A DNA stretch of 63,859 nt, the filler included, from Corallochytrium limacisporum Hawaii (Eukaryota; Protista; Pluriformea): the NCBI GenBank assembly GCA_002811645.1. It is 6 parts of 6 records of this genome, joined end to end, with 100 filler letters (N's around TTAATTAATTAA, not from the genome) between each part and the next. Parts side by side here need not be neighbours in the genome. Positions count along the whole stretch, not along the records: positions 59,827 to 60,867 come from PDIP01000246.1; positions 60,968 to 63,859 come from PDIP01000285.1; 4 more parts are not named here. The stretch is one strand, 5' to 3'. The notes below the pieces were generated by a model. The model was not told the origin of the DNA. It saw only the letters and a program-made list of their open reading frames with translations, and made no database searches. This document shows, piece after piece, positions 59,727 through 63,859 of this stretch (the first letter of the stretch is position 1; each line of letters starts with the position of its first letter). The position numbers and the translations under genes were made by a program.

Positions 59727-59826
59727 NNNNNNNNNNNNNNNNNNNNNNNNNNNNNNNNNNNNNNNNNNNNTTAATTAATTAANNNNNNNNNNNNNNNNNN
59801 NNNNNNNNNNNNNNNNNNNNNNNNNN
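59727..59826. other. Artificial contig linker
   Basis: 44N-TTAATTAATTAA-44N. Confidence 0.98.
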
Positions 59827-60867
59827 AACAGAGTCCGGATCGTCCATGGCACCGAGATCACACTGGTAGACGTCCATGAGCACGGAGGAGCCAACCTGAC
59901 CCACTGACTTACCCTCCGCAGAAGATGTGACCAGGCTGCGGATGAAAGTATCAGACCAGTCTGCATCAAGCACGTCGGATACCTTGTGGAGGACCTCTTT
60001 GATGCGACCGGGGGTAGTCAAAGTGCCATTGTTGATCAGATGAATAATGTCGCCGTACATACCGGAGTATTTCTTGCCATGGCCGTCCATCTGGAACTGC
60101 AGGCCGGTGTAATCGTCATGCCAGCGTAGATCACCAGTGTAGTACATATCGGCAGTAACCTGGTCGGCCCACATGGTGACGTTGAGAATTGTAGACGGCG
60201 GAACCTTAGGCTTCATGGAGTACGTCACAGCAGTAGTGGTCTTCGTGGACGAGGATTCCTCTTCGGAGAATGCCTGGGTAGTAGTATCCTGCAGGCCGGC
60301 TTTCATAGTAGCAGTAACGGAAGCGCTGAAGCCCATCATCTTCACACCGACGGTGGAACTCAGTCCGACCTCCATCGACCGTTGGAAGGAGGAAGAGTAC
60401 TGCTTGGAGGAGCTGGAGGTGACTTTCTGGGCAACGGCTTCGCTGTACTCAAAGTCAGACTCATTGCAGTCGTTTTGGTTGTTACGCGCAAGGAACTCAC
60501 GGGGAGCAGCACGACTGCGACCGGTTTCCATGGTCCATACAGAGCTGTGAACGTCAAGGGGAGCGGTTTCGAACATCTCGTTCATGGGGATTGCCAGACG
60601 GTACTTGTCAGGGAAAGAAACATGTCGGGGAATGTAGTCCTTGCTGGTGGCATTGCCATCACAGAATCCCCGCATGCTCTTGCCAGTCTTGTCTGTCTGA
60701 TTGGCGGGGAACAAGGCCTGCAGACTGTCCCACCAGTCGTCCCACTTCTCGGCGTTCTCCTCGGTGCGCTCAACGTAGTATGGAGCCATGAGAGCAGGAG
60801 CGGTCACGGCATTGAGCTTGAACAGGAAAGAGCGCCAGCCATCAATTTGACCGTCAGACTTTTGCAC
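59827..60867 (-). CDS. Core of an aerolysin/ETX-MTX2 family beta-pore-forming protein (partial; the entire 1041-bp contig is open frame)
   Basis: Ser/Thr-rich strands VTSSSSKQYSSSF and SEEESSSTKTTTAVTY flank an alternating amphipathic hairpin MEVGLSSTVGVKMMGFSASVTATMKAG. It is followed by SMKPKVPPST.LNVTMW and YYTGDLRW (cf. aerolysin SVRPTVPARS and LSGFLRW). Confidence 0.8.
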
Positions 60868-60967
60868 NNNNNNNNNNNNNNNNNNNNNNNNNNNNNNNNN
60901 NNNNNNNNNNNTTAATTAATTAANNNNNNNNNNNNNNNNNNNNNNNNNNNNNNNNNNNNNNNNNNNN
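60868..60967. other. Artificial contig linker
   Basis: 44N-TTAATTAATTAA-44N. Confidence 0.98.
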
Positions 60968-61839
60968 CCCCCCAAACTTTCCGGGAGAAAATGCGGCCCA
61001 TGTGTCTCACCCCCCCCTTCCTCCCCCCAACTCTTCCCAACCTCCCTTCCTGTGACCTCCCTTGCCTGTTGTTCGGCTTCCAGCCCTCGGGCTCCAGCAC
61101 CTCACCTTTGACCAACTGCCACTCCTCCCTTTGAGGGTTTTTTTATGGCAGGGAGTGGGGGGGACGGAGCAGCCACAAAACACACAGAAAAAGAGAAATG
61201 ATACTTTCTCGGGGCCCAAAATGCGAATTAAAGAAAAAAAATTGTAAGAGTGAAAAAAAAGTTCGGGAAAAAACCTGTGGGTCGGTGGTAGGGAATTCAT
61301 ACTGAACACGCCACTTCGACACCCCCCCGGCGGGTTGGTGAGCCATGGGAAATTGGAGACCCCTGTTATTTATATACTGACATTTATTATTTGTGCGCCA
61401 CCAGCCGCGTGTTACAGATCTCCACTTAGTGTATTACGTATTGACTACTGTCGATGATGATATTTTATATACTTTTATGAGATATACTAAAAAGTGCCAA
61501 GAATGGCTTCAGTATTCATTCACCTTGGATGGAGGAGGGGGGCTGCCCCTGGAATCTCAAGGCAGCGGAGCTTCGTGGTGGATCGCCACCGGTCCGTATC
61601 CGCGGTGCATGGCAGCGGTCGTTTACAATCACATTTGCGGCCTTAAGACATGTTGCCACTCTCATCGACAACTCCTACTCACCGACAACGACCGGAGGAT
61701 TGGCACTGAACTCACAATGTTGTCTACGCAACTGATCTACATGGAAGTGATAATTCATGATACTATATGTTTCGTTTATGGAAATGATGAAGTTTCGTGT
61801 GCAAGACAATATCTTCTGCACCACAGTTTCTTTACTTTC

Positions 61840-62853
61840 TTAATAGAACACAACGGTCCGCAACTCAATGCTCTCGCGGGACGGACCGTTCGGGTTCGCC
61901 GAGGGATCCTTGAAGGCAGAATGGAAGCTGAAAGAAGCACTGACACCGCCGTTCTCCTTGGCCTTGTCTGCGTCTACCTCAGCCTTATCATTCAGTGCAC
62001 GGACATCCTTGCCTTCTGAGTCCCAAACCTTGAGAAGGATTGCTTCGTCCTTGACCATCTTCGGGAAGTAGTACCACTTGTTTTGGTCCCTGGGCACGGC
62101 AAAGTAGTTTTCGCCCACACGATCATCGTAACGGATCTCAAACGTGATAAGCTGGTCCATATCGATGGTCTGGGCATCACACATAGCAAGAGGCATATCG
62201 TTAACGGGTTCTTCCGCAATATTGCGCCAGAGATTCACGATGGCCCACCGTCCGTTCAACAATTCCGGCAATTCCTCCGGCGAGATCAGGGGCTCTTGGT
62301 TCGTGTTGACTCCCCAGCTGTCATTCTTACGTGGAGGTTCCGCGAGCTGCCTGACTCGCTCCTTGGCAGCGGTCAGGGTGTAATCGTTGTGTACAACAAC
62401 TGCGGGTGACTGTACGTTGAATTTGCTACCGACGATCTTGCCCTCCGCCGGCTGATCCTCGCCTTCCTGGTTCATCCATGACTGCGTCCTAGCGGTGCGG
62501 ACGTTGTGGTCAAAGACATAGACTTTCTTAGCTCCGAGTTTCTGTTTGATGTACTCCGCCACTTCGGGATAGTACCGATTCACGATCTGGTCTTCCGAGT
62601 AGTAGTCAATGTGGTTGTACTTGTGCTCCACTAGTTGGAAGCCGTTGTCATCGAGATTCAGGCCCAGAGAGCGACCATTGTGGACGTCGTATTCTGTGTC
62701 GGTGGGATCCGTACCCACAGGCAGGTCATCACTACCGTTGACCTGACGGTTCAGGAAGACTTTGCCAGTGGAAAGAAGACTGCGAGGAACCTTTGAAGAC
62801 TGGTACTTGAATACTCCCCGGACCGAGGGGATCGTTGCCGCCTGTGCTACCAT
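61840..62853 (-). CDS. CmcJ/NvfI/AsaB/GA4-desaturase family Fe(II)/2-oxoglutarate oxidoreductase (337 aa)
   Basis: LDDNGFQLVEH, YYPEV...VFDHNVR, VHNDYT (HxD), NLWRNI, PLAMCDA, WYYFPKM...LLKVWDS, HSAF, RESIELR. Confidence 0.88.
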   Translation of the reverse strand: MVAQAATIPSVRGVFKYQSSKVPRSLLSTGKVFLNRQVNGSDDLPVGTDPTDTEYDVHNGRSLGLNLDDNGFQLVEHKYNHIDYYSEDQIVNRYYPEVAEYIKQKLGAKKVYVFDHNVRTARTQSWMNQEGEDQPAEGKIVGSKFNVQSPAVVVHNDYTLTAAKERVRQLAEPPRKNDSWGVNTNQEPLISPEELPELLNGRWAIVNLWRNIAEEPVNDMPLAMCDAQTIDMDQLITFEIRYDDRVGENYFAVPRDQNKWYYFPKMVKDEAILLKVWDSEGKDVRALNDKAEVDADKAKENGGVSASFSFHSAFKDPSANPNGPSRESIELRTVVFY

Positions 62854-63790
62854 AATGGCTTGTGTTGTTATTTCTTTTCTGTTAACTTCAGTAACACGCC
62901 TTATTTACACAGCCCACAAAAGTATGTGAGACAAAAGGATAACACTCTATATGCTTAAACGTCACTTGCACAATTATGTTCAGAAAATCGATGCGTTTCA
63001 GATCACTCTCACTGGCTACCCTTATATACCCTCTTGTGCATCCACGCGACGTTTCGTCAGCCGACTCGCTGACATCACGACACCCCGCTTGAGCAGAGAC
63101 ATGGTTTCCCGGACAGCTGTGGGCACACAGCCATCTTGTAGTGCACACCACGTTGAGTGGTCCAATACGCATCAACTATTTTCAAACAAACTCCCCTGCG
63201 CGCCATTCCGTGGTCGGGTTGCGCGCACCAAGATCCGCAGATTACTTCGCCCCGCATTCCGTCACCTCCAACCCTTCCTTTTTTTTTTTGGCTTTCTTCG
63301 CCTATCGATTGCTCGTTAGGTCGCGGCAAAGATCTCGAGAGCGCTCTCCCTAAGTTGGGCCCATCCGTCTCCCCACACAGTGGGTCACCCCATCTTTTTG
63401 CCTTCGGTATTGAATGCACCTTACATTTCGGGGACCCAGGGACGATAGGGCTCCAGCGGTCGGGAGGTGGGGAAAGAGGCTCCGGGTCAGATGACCCCCG
63501 CGGGCCTGGGGAACGGGGGGAAGGGGGAAAACAACAGAGGTCACGCCGGGTTGGCTTGGGGGCAGGGGAAGCGTGTGTGGACTGGGGAGGCCGGCCTGAA
63601 GAGAGTCGTACATTTGCCCTTGGGGAGATCACCCGAGCGATCACCTGGGTCACATACACACGCATACGTACGACTACGTCAGGAGATTCTCAACATGGTA
63701 ACATCAACATACGCATGTAGTACGCACATGGATAATGCTCACTACAACGGTCCCTTCGCATGCCAGCAGGCTACGGAACAGTTCAACAAC

Positions 63791-63859
63791 TACCAACCTC
63801 TGCCCCATAAGTTAAGGAGGAATCTGCCTAAAAACATGCACCGTAATATAAGGAGGGAG
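63791..63859 (+). mobile_element. Second copy of the TA-CCAACCTCTGCCCC repeat, cut by the window end
   Basis: Identical to 48069-48137. Confidence 0.55.

Noticed and set aside
53911-60867. Apparent clustering of toxin, CCCH protein and inverted repeat as one toxin-immunity or phase-variation locus
   Set aside because: They lie on separate contigs joined by artificial linkers, so order and linkage are unsupported.
61393-62019. 208-aa ORF overlapping the oxygenase 3' end
   Set aside because: GTG start, no recognisable motif, and partly antisense to a well-supported gene.
1-63859. CRISPR arrays, rRNA or tRNA genes
   Set aside because: No regularly spaced repeats or recognisable RNA-gene signatures were seen by eye; a covariance-model scan would be needed to exclude small RNAs.

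Overview
Eukaryotic, intron-free DNA made of six contigs (1-28191, 28292-48154, 48255-53810, 53911-59726, 59827-60867, 60968-63859) joined by artificial 100-bp linkers (44N-TTAATTAATTAA-44N), so adjacency across linkers is not evidence of linkage. Animal-like genes (CNNM Mg2+ transporter, Na+/K+-ATPase alpha, ankyrin-HECT ligase) occur with a fungal-type Zn2Cys6-PAS transcription factor and a TTAGGG telomere-like end. This suggests an intron-poor unicellular opisthokont (Corallochytrium-like; inference only). Other genes are a Zn-dependent alcohol dehydrogenase, a PNPOx-like FMN-binding protein, a CmcJ/AsaB-like Fe/2OG oxygenase, an HR1/coiled-coil membrane protein, a CCCH-finger protein and an orphan extracellular-like protein. 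Main findings: (1) a secreted aerolysin/ETX-MTX2-type pore-forming protein split across contigs, with the layout expected of a collapsed tandem array; (2) an Asn-to-Lys change in the M5 ion site of the Na/K pump, as in reduced-stoichiometry pumps; (3) a 390-bp near-perfect inverted repeat within a cluster of decayed paralogs; (4) a shared TA-flanked repeat, possibly a transposon end, at two sequence ends. All family calls are from motif recognition by eye, not database searches.
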